Shown: positions 1-12,096 of the stretch, in pieces
Position numbering within the stretch: the first letter of the stretch is position 1
How the letters are laid out: each line of letters starts with the position of its first letter
DNA from: Takakia lepidozioides
Taxonomy: Eukaryota > Plantae > Bryophyta
NCBI GenBank assembly: GCA_030704615.1
Contig: CM060731.1
Coordinates: forward strand, 9,982,001 to 10,046,000
Reading direction: 5' to 3'
DNA: 64,000 nucleotides
Program-made: the position numbers and the translations under genes
Notes under the pieces: model-generated
Database searches by the model: none
What the model was told of the DNA's origin: nothing
Seen by the model: only the letters and a program-made list of their open reading frames with translations

Positions 1-493
1 CACAGAAGCTCAAAAACAATACAAGGAGTATGCAGATCAACGTCGTCAACTCCAACCCCAGTTCAAGGTCGGAGATCGTGTGTGGCTTCTTCGACGGGAC
101 ATACAAACCTTGTGACCATCAAGGAAGTTGGATTATCAACGCCTGGGAACATTCAAAATTATTCGACAAATAAATCCGGTCGGTTTTCGGCTTGAACTCC
201 CACGAAGTATGCGCATCCATCCAGTCTTTCATGTTTCATTATTGGAGTTGTATCATCCATCGAAGATTCCAGGGAGAGTCTCCGTACCACCTCCACCAAT
301 TGAAGTCAATCAGGAAATTGAGTGTGAAGTCGACGAAGTCATAGACTTTCGCATCAAGTATAAACGTCTTGAGTATTTCGTACATTGGAAAGGCTACGAC
401 ATCAGCGAACGAACGTGGGAACCTTCATCCAACCTCGCCAATGCATCTGACAAAGTCCAAGAGTTTCATCAACGATATCCAGCTAAGCCCTGA
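1..493 (+). pseudogene. Ty3/gypsy chromovirus pol C-terminus (integrase tail, SH3-like region, chromodomain)
   Basis: Frame 2 reads ...YADQRR..FKVGDRVWL..*PSRKLDYQRLG.F..IHPVFHVSLLE..EYFVHWKGY..TWEP..NL; in-frame TGA at 113-115. Confidence 0.92.
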
Positions 494-1129
494 GCTACAC
501 GTCAATAAGATGTCACAACGATGATATCAGCCAAGTTAACTTCAAAGTGAAGACTCCACATTCAATGTACCTGATACAAGCTAAGGATGGAGGAGCACCA
601 CACATCAGTATATATAGCTACACTTCCAGCACTTCCAGCACTATTGCATCTTGTATTGGCAGTATGGAGTCATAAGAACCAGATACATTGGAGTTGTCGC
701 TTACCCCGGGGGGTGCACTCCTCATTAAATGTACCAGCCACGTGCGTGCACAGGAGGGGGTATTTTAAACCCCCCCATGTACAACATTATACATACAGAG
801 GGGGGTTTAAAACACCTTAAATATAATTTTACAGGAGGGGGTTGTTGAGTTTTTAGGGATAGTGTAGTGGTAAGAATGGCAATTCCGCCGCGATGCATCC
901 CGGGATCAAATCGTGGAATCGTCGTTTTGTATGTTTGTTTTTTTTTTTTTTTTCGCTCCACGATCTTTCTCCCCTGACCTCCCGCGGCTTTCTCTTTTCT
1001 TTCTCCTCCTCTCCCGCGTTCGCCTTCCCTTCCGCAGGCTTTCTCTTTTTCCTCCTCTCCTCTCCCCTCCTCTCCACAGGGCATGGTAGGACAATGTGGT
1101 GAGGGCACCAGAATGTGGTGATGGCACTG

Positions 1130-4099
1130 ACTTGGGAGAAGGTTTGAGGTTGTGATGTATGTAGAGGGCAGGAATCGAAGGGGATGAAATAAGTGCGCGG
1201 GAATGTGGGGCAGGCCTGGGCTGATCGGTGATGATATGCGGGTGTGGTGGTGGATTGTTGTGCAGCAATGACAGGAGGACATGGGCATCAAGATTCCCAG
1301 TCATCAGAGGTAATGAGCACATTAGGCCTATTTTCTTTCCTAATAATGATTGGCGTGACACAATGGTTGTACTCACTATATCAGGCCTATTCTCATCCTT
1401 ATTGAATCCAAACAGCCAGAGGGACAAGATGCCCCTAAGTGTACAGAACCTGAACGTCCTGAATCTGAAGGATTTGGTACTCAAGAGTTTACACAAGACG
1501 AGCAAAATCTACACATGGGGTAACTGTCCCCCCTTTGCAGAACAGTTGGGCGTCCAGGAGCAATCCCAAGCTACCTAGACGACAAACAATTCACATGCAA
1601 AGGGCTGGCTTGCGGCTGGCCACTTTCAACTTCTCAGGGCTTACTAACCAAAGGAAACAACTCGAAGTGGGACAAGTCCTTCGGACTAATGATATTCATA
1701 TCTGTGCTGGGCAAGAAACATGGGAAACTTCGGATAAACTGGTTGGAGATGTCAATGGTTATAAATGGGCAGGTAGGATGTGTACTCTCAAGGCAGCCTC
1801 TGCCAAATGCGGTAAAAAAGGGGTTGGATTCTTTGTCCGTGATTTCTTGTTTGATAATTGTGAAATTATCAACAAGGGTTTGAGGTACGAACATAGTATC
1901 TGGCTAAAACTGAATCTGAAGGGCGGCATGAGTACGAAGGACCTCTTTGTGGGTTGTGTTTACATGCCCACAGAGGGGACCCTTAGTGCTGACGCAGACA
2001 AAGCCTTCGAAGATGTAAAGCTGGACTGTGCTTCGTTCCTTGCCAAAGGTCAGGTAGTGCTATTGGGTGACTTCAATGCCCGGGTGGGCAAAGGGCTCCA
2101 TCAGGACGATATCATTGGGCCTTTTGGTGAGGACGAGCCCTCTATAAAGAGTGCTGCAATTTGAAAACCAACAGAGAATTGTGGGCGAGGTACTATCAGC
2201 TCTGGAAAGATATCAATCAGCTTGTTAGGTCTCAGAAGAAATTATACTGGGATAAGTTATACAGTGAAATAAACTCAAACCACCATGGTGGTAATGACAA
2301 GAAATTATGGTTGGCCCTTCAACGTTTGTACAAGCCTAAAAACGGTCAGCAAGTACAAGCGCTGAAGACTACTAAAGGTGCAGTGGTGACTTCATCGGTT
2401 GACATTGTCAAAACCTTTGAAAATCACTACAGTATCCTTGGCAGAACTTCTAGGTCTAACAGTGAGGGGTCTTCTGCTGAATGGAGGGACACAGTTGGAA
2501 AAATTGTTCCTATGATTCAAAACAACCCTGATGAACTGGAGTATATTTCAATGGCTCATAACGCTCCCATTAGTTCTTCTGAGATTGTGGAAGCAATTGA
2601 ACATTTAAATGGATATAAAGCTGGTGGACCTGATGGTATTGTCAACGAGCTTATCAAGCACGGTGGCGATCCCATGATAGAGGCCCTAGTTCTCCTCTTT
2701 AACCTTATCTGGAAGACTGAAATGATCCTCTTTCGCTGGCGACAGGGGGTCATTGTCAGTCTATACAAGAAGGGTGACAGAGAAGAACCGGGGAACTACC
2801 GTGGCATCACACTCAGGAGTTGATTAATTGCGCGAAGAGATACTTTGATCTTTGGGGGCTAGAGGCTAATGTCAGCAAATGTGCAGTGGTAGCATTCAAC
2901 GACAGAGGAGAGGGAGGAAGTGATCTTAAGTGGCAGTGGGGTAGCCAAGAGATCCCGGTCCTCCCTTCCTACACTTACTTGGGCGTTGAGTTTTCCTCCA
3001 ATTGTAATTGGGATGCACATATCCGGAAAGTTGTTCGAACTGGCAAGGGCAAAGCTCTGGGGCTCACTAAATTTTTCCACTGCAGAGGGGTCATCTCTGA
3101 GGTTAAGAAAACCATGCTTTGTCGCATTATTAGACCTGCCTTGGAGTACGGATCTGCTATATGGGTTGATAACTCCAACCAGGCTAAGTCTCTAGAATCC
3201 ATTCAAGTGGGGGTGCTTAAGGAGTGTATGTCAGCATGCTCCAAAACAGCCAATGTGGCTGTTCGGGGTGAGTTTGGCATTCCATCCTTAAGCTCCCGAC
3301 GAGATGAATTCAAGGTCAGATGGTGGGGTCAGCTGCAACATATGCCCAACACCAGATATCCTAAGTTGATTGACTCTATATCTTGGAAACAGGACCGCCC
3401 TGTCAAACAGGCTAAGTCCTGGCAGAAGAGAGTAGAAAAGATTCTCAAGGACCTGGACCTGGATCCGCAAGTCTTGACCCTGCTGGATAAATCTGCCTTA
3501 GAGGCTGTAGTGTCTGAGGCCATGTCTGTTGCCATGAGATTGTCTGATGAAAATGAAGTTAGGCAGAGAACTTCCCTGAACTTGTTTCCAGTCAGTGACA
3601 TGGGGGTGGACATCTTGGATGACCTCAAGGGTCTATCCACTCTCGGCACTAGACTGAAATTTAAACTCAGGGCAGGAAGCCTACCTTTGAACAGCAAACA
3701 GAAGCAGAGAGGAAAGGGAGAGTGCAATTGTCCGTTGTGTGGGCAATCTGAAGACAGTATTCATTTTCTGATACGCTGTCCGGGTTCTCTCACCAAAGAG
3801 AGGCTCTCTTCAATTCTATCAAGGGAATTGTGCCTGTACCCCTGTTTACCAACTTTGAAAATCTCGAGGCTGAGCCAAAAGCCCAGGCCCTCCTGAGGCC
3901 TAGTTTTTGGGCAAATCACACACAGCAGATTGATGCTTGTGTGAAGGGTTTTCTAGAGGATATCTGGAAAACCCGGATTAATTCCTTATACGATGGTAAG
4001 TCTTACTACCAACGTCAGCCCTGTTCCTTTTGTTCCCACTGAAACTGGGCGCGGGGTCAATGGCCACAAGGCTACGGCAAACAACGTCTTATGAGTACA
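1130..4099 (+). mobile_element. Internally deleted non-LTR retrotransposon (LINE; APE-RT-zinc knuckle), nested in the TIR element
   Basis: APE motifs (ATFNFSG, GQETW, VYMP, LLGDFNARVG) at 1595-2140; RT start (KAGGPDGI..ELIK, NYRGITL) to 2820; YTYLGV and CPLC..HFLIRCP. The RT core (YADD) is deleted. The 5' limit is uncertain. Confidence 0.9.
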
Positions 4100-4614
4100 A
4101 TCTCATCCTTATCATCCCTCGCCTTTTGGAAAATTCCAACCATAATTGAAGGGCAATTGGTTGTTGTACTTAACTGCACGAATGTTCCCCTTTCTGTTGG
4201 AATGAGCCGCACGTCCTTTCCATGCTAACATACCCTTTCTTCTTCCTGCAAGATCCTTTGCCCAGCCCTGTTATTTCTATCATTTGTGCCATCCTCTTGG
4301 CGTTTCCACAGCCTCCCCTCATTGCCAGTGAAGTGTTTCTTTCTCTTCTCTTTGTCTTTAAAGACACTCCAACTGTTAGCTGCAGTACCCTTCGCTGATT
4401 TCTTATTGCCTTTGACCTCATGTATGTTTTCAATCATGTTTGAAGGGTGATCACTTGCTGCCATATGCATGACTGTGTCCTTGACTGCTTCTCTTGTCTC
4501 AGTATGATGTTTAATTGTTGTAATGTCAGGCTGTGCTCAGCTGCACCGTGGTGTCTTCAAATGGATCAATTTTTCAGACACGGTCTTGCCAACTGAATGA
4601 TGCAGGTTCACTTG

Positions 4615-5190
4615 GGAGAGTGCACTCCCCCTTTCCTCTCTGCTTCTGTTTCATGTTCAAAGGTAGGCTTCCTTCCCTGAGTTTAAATTTCAGTCTAGTG
4701 CCGAGAGTGGGTGGACCCTTGAGGTCATCCAAGATGTCCTCCCCCATGTCACTGACTAGAAACAAGTTCAGGGAAGTTTTATGCCTAACTTCATTTTCAT
4801 CAGACAATCTCATGGCAATAGACATGGCTTTGGACACTACAGCCTCTAAGTCTGATTTATCCAGCAGGGTCAAGACTTGCGGATCCAGGTCCAGGTCCTT
4901 GAGAGTCTTTTCTACTCTGGCCTTGGGAAAACACCTTTTGATCTCAGTCCAGAAAGTGGTCAGAGGTACCAATATCAGTTCTGTCGATCAACACATTGGC
5001 ACACTGGGGGAACAAATTTTTGTCCATTATGATATAGTCCACAATGGAACGTTCCCCAGTTTGGGATTTCTCACGAGTCCACTGCATTTGGTCACCTCTT
5101 GTCTTGTTAATCAAGGTCAAAAGCTGAAGCTCTTCCAGACAGTTAATTAACCGTCTGCCATTAGAATTCAGCTCGTCCTCACCAGCATGG
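4615..5190 (-). mobile_element. Inverted fragments of the same LINE family (APE C-terminal half joined to a post-RT segment)
   Basis: Minus strand reads GEDELNSNGRRL..SIVDYI..GTSDHFL, then RVEKTLKDLDLDPQVLTLLDK, which matches 3428-3725. Confidence 0.88.
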
Positions 5191-5559
5191 AAGATGAGGG
5201 TGATGATGTCAATGCCATAGATTCTATTTGTCCTCTTAATGCAGACACACATATTCAAAATGAGGTCGTGGAAGATGAAGGTTCCAAAGTCCTGTTTTAT
5301 ACAACCCTATAGGCTGTCCAAGTAGGAACTACGTTCATAAGATGATGAAATGTATACAGAAGCAAGTACCTGATTGATGAGTTTGATGTTGTTAATTTTT
5401 GCTGCTGCTATTGACCAAATGCTGCTACTTCCACTACTGGTAGCCCTCTTGGGTGATCCTGAACCCACAGTCCATCCTTGCATCAGCGGCTAGCCCTCCC
5501 TCCACACTAACATATTTAAATACAAAGTTCTGTCAAACTCCCTACGATGTTGCATGAAG

Positions 5560-6320
5560 AAAGCTCACCTTGTTGACCGATGGAGCCCTTTGCCCACTTG
5601 GGCATTGAAGTCACCCTACAATAGCACCACAGAGATGAAGAGAAGCTTTGGAATGAGACACTTTTCTGACCCCAGTCAATGGTGGGACAATGTGGGTGGA
5701 TGGTCAACTGGAAACAACAGCGGCAACAGCGCAATTGATAAAGCAAGGCACTGTTGATGAAAGGTACCTTCTTCAACGTATTTCAGCCTGAGGGCACCTT
5801 CTGGTTTGACCTGTTTCAGCCTATTTTTCCCTCTCATCAGACTCAGCCCTGAAGCATATGTATTGAATTCTGTAAGTTAGCTCGTTGGGTGGATCTGCGG
5901 TGCTCTGGAGTGACTTTGCAAGTTGCTGCCGAGGTGGTAGCATGACAGTACCTAAAAAAAGATAATAGATAGAACAAGGGACTGCTAATGAAGGTACCTT
6001 CTTCAACACATTTCAGCCTGTTTTTCCCTATTATCAGAGTCGTCCCTAGATTTCCAGATGGCGGATTCCAAGCTCCAGATTACCTATGATTCCATGTGGA
6101 ATGATAGCTACAAGAAACCTGGATGGGTAGATGGTCAACTGGAAGCCACAGTAGTAGCTGCAGAGGCATGATGTACGCATTGTTAGTGTGGAGGGAGGGG
6201 TAGCTGTTGATGCAGGGAGAGGATCGTGGGTGCAAAATCATCCAAGAGGGCCAGATTTGGAGCAAGGAACAGCGCTGGCAGGAGTTCTATAAATTTGATC
6301 CACAGCGGTGGGACAATAAT
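5560..6320 (+). pseudogene. Degenerate OSB-type PDF-motif gene fragments inside the TIR element
   Basis: Reads EEKLWNE..DPSQWWDN, DSKLQITYDSMWNDSYKKPGWVDGQL, HPRGPD and EQRWQEFYKFDPQRWDN; DNA matches 41845-42760. Confidence 0.75.
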
Positions 6321-7039
6321 TGATGTGCGGGTCTTCGAATTCAATGGAGGATGTTTTGAGCCAACCTTTGGATGATCATGCGGAAGAGGTACTTGTTCAA
6401 AGTGAATTGAGACATACTCTGGATGCTGTCATTGATGAGTTTGAACGAGAGAAAGATGGATCGAAGGCAGTGGTTCCATTTGTCAAAGTAGACGGGAAGA
6501 CCATATTCAAAAGCACTTTGGTTAGCCATCTCAATGGCAACCCTACTCTATCCAAGGATAGATTGACACGAGTAAGAAGTGCATCGATGTTGTTTTGCCG
6601 AGAAAACAAACCAACTACCAGCAACAAAGCCACGAGCTTGGGATTGGGTTCGGATTGTGCTGTATTTTTTGTTGATGGGGAGACTGCGATCCAAACTACA
6701 AACAGGAAAGGTAGACCAGGGAAAACCTGCAGAGGAGCAACCAAAGGCACTTGGTATTTGGGCAGGGTTCAAAGAATGCGAAAGAAAATCAATAAGCGGT
6801 TTGTAGAATGTAGGGATTATGTTGATTTATTGGAGCGTCCTTCGCATATGGAGATTGGGTTAGCATGGTACCAAAAAATTCGAGGAGGGGTCTATACGTA
6901 CGATTTGACGGATAACATGATGGTTGATTTGGATTCCATTATCGCGTTAGCATGTTTAAAGTACAATGTCAAGTCAAACACATATGTTCTTGATGCAAAT
7001 GACCGAAAAGTCTTTGACAACTTTATCAAAGACAAATAA
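6320..7039 (+). CDS. Open 239-aa ORF of unknown function, probably the C-terminal part of the TIR element's own protein
   Basis: Uninterrupted, protein-like ORF ending ~300 bp before the right TIR; no catalytic motif recognised. Confidence 0.5.
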   Translation: MMCGSSNSMEDVLSQPLDDHAEEVLVQSELRHTLDAVIDEFEREKDGSKAVVPFVKVDGKTIFKSTLVSHLNGNPTLSKDRLTRVRSASMLFCRENKPTTSNKATSLGLGSDCAVFFVDGETAIQTTNRKGRPGKTCRGATKGTWYLGRVQRMRKKINKRFVECRDYVDLLERPSHMEIGLAWYQKIRGGVYTYDLTDNMMVDLDSIIALACLKYNVKSNTYVLDANDRKVFDNFIKDK

Positions 7040-7752
7040 TTTTTTTAATTAATTTGTTAAATTTTATTATGTTTTAAATGAATAAATTCGATATAATATA
7101 AAAACATACATATACATATTGGAGGGTTATTTTTAATGATGAAAAATGAGAATATACATATAGAAGGGGGTACTTTTCGAAAATTGTAAATTTTTGTATA
7201 TTTACAGGAGGGGATTTTATAATCTTCAAAAAGTATGTACAGAGGGGGTATAAATTATCCAAGGACCCGTATACAGGGGGTTTTTTTATTAGGCGACGAA
7301 CGCACGTGATACGCACAGTTTATAAAGAGTGCACCCTCCGGGTCGCTTACCCAACTACCAGATCAGTCGTTTCGACTCTCACGACCTTCAACATCACGCC
7401 GTCGCTCTCGAGACGATGGACCACCAATGCGACGCGTACTTCCTCGTCTGGACCCCGTACGACGGTAAGTAGAGCCTACTCGAAGTCTGATAATTTTGTT
7501 GGAGGTTGAAGCTTCGGACCCAGAGGGCAACGAAATCATGTTTGAAAGCAGCTTCGAAAATCAGAATGCTCAAATCACTGAGTGATCCCAAGTTCAAGGT
7601 GTTGGACACTATCGATGGTTGCAGAGACCTATAAATCATTTGAGTCAAGAACGAAGAGCCGAATACTTGGCAAGTACCATTCGCCGAATTTTGGATTTTC
7701 TCCAACTCTAAGCAAGCCCAAGATTTTACCGCTCCTCGAAGAACTCGGCGCT

Positions 7753-8180
7753 AGAGGAGGGGGTGATGTCACGAACATAGCCCAGAGGAACTTACCAGGA
7801 ATAAATATCGAAGCTTCTTTTGGAAGAAACTTCTCCATCAAGATACCTCATTTGTTTAAAGAAGCTTCTCCATCAGAAAACCTTTGTTTAATCTTGGAAA
7901 CTTCTCCAGCAAGAAATCTCCATAGGGGAAGCTTCCTAGTAGCCAGTATATATAGGAGGCGATACTGGACACTCTTCAGTCTCGCCAACACCAGTGCAAG
8001 CTACTCTTGTTTCCAGTTCCCAGTACTCTAGTCCAGTTTCCATTATCTGGTACTCCAGTCCAGTTTCCAGCATTCCAATATTCAAGTCGTGTTCCAATAT
8101 CTTGTACTCTTGTTCATTGTTATAAAGATCGTCTTGATTTTTATTTACTCATCGTGCATTCGACCACGCCGACCTTGACT
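7753..8180 (+). mobile_element. Polypurine tract and 3' LTR of the chromovirus
   Basis: AGAGGAGGGGGTGA (7753-7766) is followed directly by TGTCACG (7767), with a TATATATAG box near 7947. The LTR right end (~8180) is approximate. Confidence 0.7.
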
Positions 8181-8257
8181 TGAGCAGTTTCCCAAGTTAC
8201 TCTTGGTAATTTGATAAACTCCCGGTAACTTGATAAGTAATGGTAAATCATGATAAA

Positions 8258-8512
8258 TCATGGTAACTTCCGATAACATGATAACTTGGTAACTTCTTTC
8301 ACCTCTTGCCAATAATTATCCCATGATTGAATGATAGCATCGGTCACATCAGCCTGTTTTCCATCCGAGTCCGTGACTGAAACATGAAACACTTGTGACC
8401 CCATACGATATTCATGGACAAAATCACCTTGCAGTTTAGTGATATCGTGGGTGAAAGCAGCCCGCAAGATTGGCATAGAAACCATTCTGCATAATGGTAT
8501 CACAAGCATCAT
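8258..8512 (-). pseudogene. Fragment of a probable transposon-associated protein (IPLCRMV..R....DI.KL..DF...Y..G..VF.VS)
   Basis: Motif recalled from repetitive hypothetical proteins of bryophytes; truncated and flanked by tandem repeats. Confidence 0.35.
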
Positions 8513-8529
8513 TCATTGCCTCTCATGTA

Positions 8530-8930
8530 GGTGTTGACGCCCATATAATTCATGGAACTCCCGCAAGTCCTCAAACGACATAGTAAAAAATGATTTTTAT
8601 TTATTTATTTATAAATAATATGAGGACTTTCGGCGTTGATACCCACGTAAATTATGGACCTCCCGTAAGTACTCCAATAACACCGAAAATAAAAATATAT
8701 ATTAAAATAAAATAAAATAAGAACTTATGTGGGTGTGGACGCCCACATAATTCGCAAACTTTAAAATAAAAAAAAAAAAAAAAAAAAACTGAAACTTTAA
8801 TTTTTTTTTCTTAAACAAATATGAGGACTTGTGTGCGTGTTGACGCCCACATAATTTGTGGATCTCCCGCAAGTCCTCCAATGATAGAATAAATAGTAAA
8901 TGCTTACGATTCTCATTTTCCAAATATCGT
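8530..8930. repeat. About 4 degenerate ~110-bp tandem units with internal inverted GAGGACTT..AAGTCCTC
   Basis: Recurrent TGAGGACTT..GTTGACGCCCACATAATT..CCCGCAAGTCCTC separated by A/T tracts. Confidence 0.7.
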
Positions 8931-11062
8931 TCCGGGAATTCTCGCGGGAATAGTCTACCTTTGTCCTCGGGTATAGGCCACTTTTCTAATACCGCACCAC
9001 TCTGCGCCTACGACCACTAAGCGTGACGCTCAAGCTCACTGAGCCTGGGCTCATAGGCTCATGTGAGCAGGCTCATGGCGTAGCTTTTGTCTCTCTGTGA
9101 TGCAGTAATCCTAAGATGTCTAACAATAACTGTTAACGCCTCTCGTTCTACCTTGAGTGTCTTGGGCATATCTTGTCCACTTAGGCTTTGGAATCTTTCG
9201 GATACTTCGAGCTATATCTTGTGTTTATGATGTACTCCATGAGCAAGAGAGAGGGCTCGGGTTTCTTCAGACGCTATATATAGAGAAATCCAAAGTTGGT
9301 TTTCGTGGTGGGCTTACCAACATATAGGATTTCGAGGTCCTCACCTGTGTTATACGATTCATAGATGAAGTTTGCTGTTAATTGCATTCCAGACACTTTA
9401 ATCCTTGCACGGGATTTCCATCAGTCAGTGTTAAAATGAAGGCTCGATTGCCAAGCAATAGGTCTATGTCATCTTTCTATGGATGCTTAAGGCAGACTTT
9501 GATAAATCTCGACCATATCGTAGGGTCCTTTCTGTGGCCAAATGCAGATATCGGGTGGAGTACCTTATCGCCGAGGGGTATGCCTCTGTACGAGAAGCGT
9601 ACCTTGGTTTTTGCTGTAACTTATGAGCATTTCATATCTCTTTCTTTCTCAAATCGTATCAATATATGATAGTCTTTGGAGAGTCCAGTTGTCGGGTACA
9701 CATCAGCCATTTTGGGAAGTTGCGTCAGATGCAAGTAGTGACCCCGCTTATTATGTGGCCTCCTTGATGGGTATAGTATTTGTGGAGTCCTAGCAAATGC
9801 TTTTGGGCACTGGAGGATCTCTTCGCATTCAGCTTCTTATATGTCAAGTTGTAGTAGCTCATTGATGGTCTTGTAGTCTTGTACAATATGAGCATTGGAG
9901 TTTCGTGCAAAACTTTCCATGGTGGGGATTCCTAGCCAAAGGTGAAAGGAGTACTCCGTTTGTATGTGGGGAATCTACTTCATTTTTTCCCTTTTTGTTC
10001 CTAGTGTGGTGGTCTAAGTGGTAGTTGTCTGCCTCGTTGGTTGCTCGCTTGACTAGCATCGAATGGGCATTGCCTTGGAGTAGTGTGTCGCTGAGATGTA
10101 TATAACTCCTCAACTCGTGCTGGAAGGTGTCAAAGTGCGATGGAGACGGGGTCATGAGGGGTGAAAGCAACATACGGTGGCTCACTTTTCATGTAACATC
10201 ACCTTTTCTGCAGCACATACCTACTCTCCATTGGCCCATGTTTCTACTATTCAATGAAATAGATGAAATAGGACTCGCATGTGGTATTGTAAGAACCTCC
10301 ATTAGCCCTCTATAAAGCCCAATTAACAAATTCAAGAGAATCTCGAAGTATTGGACTTCACAAAACGTGGTGGTCAAATGTAATAGTCCATATTAGAAGC
10401 GGTCATGGACTTTTTATCTTCCTTGATACTTATCTAGAGGGAAAAAAAAACTCGCCAATAAAAGGCTCTACAAAGAAGTAAACCAAAATGGAAGCCGTAA
10501 TACCAAAATATGCAACAATGTAATATTTGTATACTTTTAAGTTAAAAAAAATGGGCGATTTTTTGAAATGGAATAAATGAAAAAAATGGACGAATTAGGG
10601 AAACTTCCTTCACTGAAAATGTGCTTTTTCCACACAGCAAGGACCGCCAAGCATAAAGTGGACTTTTTGATGTAACCTGAAAGACCCTTTATGTTACCTG
10701 CATGACGTCATCTATGACACGTGGCGTAACAACAAGAAGATCATCTGTTTGCATTCTACGTCCCGGTATGCCAGTGAACTTGATATGTTTTCTCGATTCT
10801 TTGGTCGTGTGTGTTTGAACTTTGTCTGGGCATTGCTCTCGTGATCATGGGGTCGGGTATAACAGTTGCCAGAAGGTAAGGCTAAGTCTCTAGAATCCAT
10901 GTCGCGGTGCGGCGCTGGAGGTGCGGCAACGGGAGCAGGGCGTGGAGCTGCAGCGGTGATGGGGCTGCGGCCTTGCGCGTAGCAGCAGCAGGCGCTGCAG
11001 GTGCCCCTCTCTCTTTCACACACACACACACTCTCTCTATCTCTCTCTCCCCCCCCCCCCCC

Positions 11063-11345
11063 GGCTCCCCCATTCTGTTCCGCTCAAACAGGGCGCGGGG
11101 TCAATGGCCACAAAGGCTACGGCAAACAACATCTTACGAGTACATTCTTTCTCTCCCTCAAGTCGACAGCACCATTCTTTGCAATGTCAATAGGTCTGCC
11201 TTGGAGTACGCATCTTTCGTGTGGGATGACAACTCCAATCACGCCAAGTCTCTAGAATCCATTCAGGTGGCGGCTCTCAAAGAGAGCATGTCGGCATGCT
11301 CTAGAACAGCCAACGTGGCTGTTTGGGCAAGTTTGGCATACCTCA
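11063..11345 (+). mobile_element. LINE 3' tail (11063-11145) followed by an internal fragment of the same family
   Basis: Tail GGGCGCGGGGTCAATGGCCACAAAGGCTACGGC..GAGTACAT lies in a (CT)n context; 11170-11345 matches 3110-3285. Confidence 0.85.
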
Positions 11346-11359
11346 TTTACACTTAAAAG

Positions 11360-12096
11360 TTGATTTCTATCCTCCATTAGGCTAAACGCTTTGATGGCTG
11401 TCAGGTGAATATCCTCTTTCAACTGCTTCGTCGCCACGATCTTCTCATCTGTGGCATCTAACATCTTTACTGTCAACGCCACATATTCGTGAAGGCCCTG
11501 TGGGATAGGACCTGGACAAAAAGCAATGAACATAAGAACCCCAAATCCTTGAAATGCAAGTGATAGCGAAAGAGGTCGTTTTGTCCAGCTTTACACACCA
11601 CCTATAGGTTTTTTACATTTCACACTTTTGTCTAACATTTCCAAGCTCATATCCCCTTCATCTCCAACACTCAGAAACGACAGGGCTCTGCCTGTGCCTT
11701 CCTTCGACGCTGCTCAACATTCGTCCACTCCGCATATAATACCCAGTTCATGCACTTCTTGATCTGCTCACAAGCCAAACCTCTGGCTATCCCTAGTGAA
11801 ATCAAACGTGAGGCTGGTACATATGGCTTTTGATGCACTGCCATCCAGAGGTGTTCTATCTTGCGAATGAACTCAGGATCATCTGTGTGAATGTAGTAGT
11901 GGTCATTCTTGTTTATCACAGGTCCAAACCACTTGGTTACTTCTTCTAAGTTGATGTCCCTGGGGATTCTAATTCGCTTCGGACTTAAGCCTTCAGAACA
12001 AAGACCAAACCTCTCAGCAAACTCTCTACGACATAGTGGGCCCTCGTCTCCCAAATCGGGATGGTTGGTCTCAAACGTCACGATTAATTCAGTCAA
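11360..12096 (-). pseudogene. Disrupted transposon-associated ORF(s) with an MNWxxYAEWTN motif
   Basis: ORFs 11671-12096 and 11252-11533 have protein-like composition; family recognised only loosely. Confidence 0.35.

Larger units (their letters stand above)
705..7342. mobile_element. Unclassified TIR DNA transposon inserted in the chromovirus 3' region
   Basis: TIR CCCGG(G/A)GGGTGCACTC at 705-720 and 7327-7342; TSD TCGCTTAC at 697-704 and 7343-7350; subterminal ACAG(G)AGGGGG repeats at both ends. Confidence 0.9.

Noticed and set aside
725-1505. Long minus-strand ORFs
   Set aside because: Low-complexity translations of CT-rich DNA and LINE antisense sequence.
9700-10400. Possible retroelement remnant
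   Set aside because: No diagnostic motif or termini could be supported.
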